From Octopus bimaculoides (taxonomy: Eukaryota): a DNA stretch of 64,000 nt. This document shows, piece by piece, positions 61,488 through 64,000 of this stretch. The DNA lies in assembly GCF_001194135.2 (NCBI RefSeq), contig NC_068995.1, positions 51,224,552 through 51,288,551 on the forward strand, in the 5' to 3' direction. The notes under the pieces are model-generated. The model ran no database searches. It saw only the letters and a program-made list of their open reading frames with translations, and was not told the origin of the DNA. Position 1 is the first letter of the stretch, and the number at the start of each line of letters is the position of its first letter. Position numbers and translations under genes: made by a program.

Positions 61488-62820
61488 TTTCAAAAGCAGA
61501 ATAGTCATAACATAATAATTGTCTCAGATTAAGGCCCAAAGCCAGCAGTTTAGTGGGGAAGGAGTTAATCGAGACCCTGTACCCAAGTTCGTAACTGGTA
61601 TTTATTTTATTGACCCTGTAAAGATGAAAAGCAAAGTTGACCTTGACAGTATTTGAACTTGGAATGTAAAGAGTCAGTAAATTGCCACTAAGCATTTTGT
61701 CCAATATACTAATAGTTCTGCCATCTTGCTGCCTGAATAATAATGATGATGATGGTGGTGGTGGTGGTGGTGGGCTACAGCAAATATTCTGCTCAATATC
61801 ACAGATTTGCTTGACCGTGACCAGTTGAGCATGTCCCTTGGTGCATCTCTGATCATGTACAGAAGTAGTAGGGGAGCAAGATAGCCATGTGTTGAAAGGA
61901 ATTCTTTGTTGGTTTGACTAATTCACCTCTGGAAACATGGGCATCTCGTTCATCATCCTTAAACAAACCTTGGTTGTGATGCATGTGCCTGGTGTACCCT
62001 TGTCAGATGGGTAGTCATGATGTGTAAATTGGGCTTCTTATATTTGTACCCCAGGGTCACTTTGACAGCATGCACTGTTCTCTCACTCACTAATAATAAT
62101 GTTTCTTAATAAGTTATAAAAACTACATTAAAAATGAAGATATTGTATTAATAAAAATATTACAACATTATTTACAAAACTTGGAAAGATTTATGTGCAT
62201 TTTTCATTAGACCAGTTCTTTTATCACAATATTCATAGTACAACTGAGTTTCTAGCAGATTTCCCTGTTTTTCACTTTCATTGATCACTACATTAAGTTT
62301 GTTCATATTTTTCATTCTACTTAACCTTTTAGCATTCAGATTATTTTGTCAAAAGTAATGCTTATTTATTCACATTTTTTAAAAATTAATCACTTATGAT
62401 CTTGTAGCTTAGAGATTTTTAAGATATGATTGTTTATTTTTAGAATTACATTGCAGGGCAGGTGTAAGATGCTGGATATAGCTAGTTTGAACGTTAAACA
62501 TGTAGACTGTTTGGGCCAGATGTGGCCGGTTTGAATGTTAAAGAGTTAAAGTAGCATAAAGCTAACCTCTAACGCCAATTCTCACTCAGCTTCCATAACT
62601 GACCATACCAGGCAGTGTGATAAACACTTCTACTCCCCTTCATTTTACTTCTCCTACTGTCACTCACTCACTCTCTGTTTGTCATTTAATATCCACTTAC
62701 TTAGCACGATCTCATTAGCATGACAACAAATAAATATACATTGCTAATCATGCTAATTATATGTAATTTTGTGAGTAGAATGAGGACTTAGAAATTATAA
62801 ACAACTCTGATTACTGAACC

Positions 62821-62988
62821 ACCCCCTGTTTTGGCAAGCAACTAACCTACCCCCTGTTTTGGCAAACAAATAACTCATCCCTTGTTTTGGCATACAACTA
62901 ACCTACCCCCTGTTTTGGCAAGCAACTAACCTACCCCCTGTTTTGGCAAACAAATAACCCACCCCCTGTTTTGGCATGCAACTAACCT
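62821..62988. repeat. 28-bp minisatellite, 6 copies with ABC-ABC higher-order structure
   Basis: Unit accccctgttttggca...aac(c/t)(t/c); units 1 and 4 are identical, 2 resembles 5, and 3 resembles 6. Confidence 0.95.
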
Positions 62989-63915
62989 ACTTGATAGCTA
63001 TTATGTTATTTTTATAATTTCATTGTTTTTCGTGGCATTTTAAAATATCTCATTTTGTTCCTTTGTGTTTTCATCAATTACTTTTTATCTGTAAACTATG
63101 AATGCAGTTGTTAACATGAATTATTAATAAAACTAGAGATATTGGAATAAACCAGGCTGTTGCTTGTGGGAAAAGTCTATGGCGACAAAATTGAAACATT
63201 TTACATTTGACAGTGGTGGTTAATAAGTTTGGTGCATGAAAGAGATAATTTGCCAAAGATATGGAGCACAGGTCAGAGATTAATGAGTGTTTTGCCATCT
63301 TGTTAAGGTTTTTTTCCAACATCAAAGTGTCTACGATATTTTTGTTTTTATATGTATTGTGTAAAGCTTGCCAAGACATGCTGCATAATTCCTACTGTAA
63401 GGACAGGTGAATTCATTAACTATATTAAATTTAGGAGCTTTCTTATTGGAAGTATTAGTTTTTTTGTGTTGTTGTTATTTTTGTTTGCATCTATTCTAAT
63501 GAGAGCTGTTTTGGTTGTATAGTTGTGGCCTGTGAGCTAGTTGACTGAATATTGACCACTAGTGTTGTAGCGACCAGTGAATCGACTGAATATTGACTGC
63601 TATAGTAATGATCAAAGTTAATTAACTGAGTAATGACGGCTATTGTGTTGTAGCGATCAGAGATTTGGTTGACTGCTATGGATGTGAATCACCATCATCA
63701 TCATTCTGATGTTCACCTTTCCATGTTCGCATGGGTCAGGACGGAATTTGTTGTGGCAGATTTTCTTCGGATTCATGCCCTAGCTGTTGCTAACCCTCAC
63801 TTGTTTCCAAGTAAGGTAATACCCCTCTTATGACCAGGTAATACTTACAGGAAAGATTTGAAATGGAGGCCACTTGCATGATGTGACCCTCATTCACAAC
63901 TATTGCAGATATCTC

Positions 63916-63958
<43 letters not shown>

Positions 63959-64000
63959 AGCATCTTTCAGTTTCCATCTGCCAAATCCACTTAAATGGTT

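Overview
Eukaryotic, AT-rich and microsatellite-dense genomic DNA with eight N-gaps. The repeat families (tRNA-headed SINEs with internal CA/TA tracts, RTE-LINE 3' ends with (GAT)n tails) look like those of Octopus/coleoid cephalopods; this taxonomic call is an inference. No prokaryotic genes or CRISPR arrays are present, and almost all ORFs in the supplied track are microsatellite or N-gap artefacts. Two host genes can be supported by splice-site and phase analysis. (1) The 3' part of an unidentified + strand gene: exons at 438-507, 834-987, 1282-1312, 5511-5571, about 5954/5994-6024, 8366-8451, 9712-9849 and 9977-10026, ending in an acidic tail, with one unresolved junction. (2) The first coding exon of a + strand secreted or membrane protein (signal peptide, 42816-42879), inside a roughly 13 kb CpG-retaining domain with an NRF1-type site. 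The rest is a mosaic of decayed elements: two Ty3/Gypsy pol remnants; RTE, CR1-like and CRE-like LINE fragments; mariner and Merlin transposase fragments; hAT-, piggyBac- and Harbinger-type MITEs; and many SINEs. The most interesting signals are two decayed Penelope-type minimal hammerhead ribozyme motifs plus a third hammerhead-like motif masked by an antisense arm, a phase-compatible exon with two in-frame stops next to a near-perfect inverted-repeat dsRNA stem, and a sharp CpG-retention domain. I found no novel multi-gene system that the sequence alone can establish.
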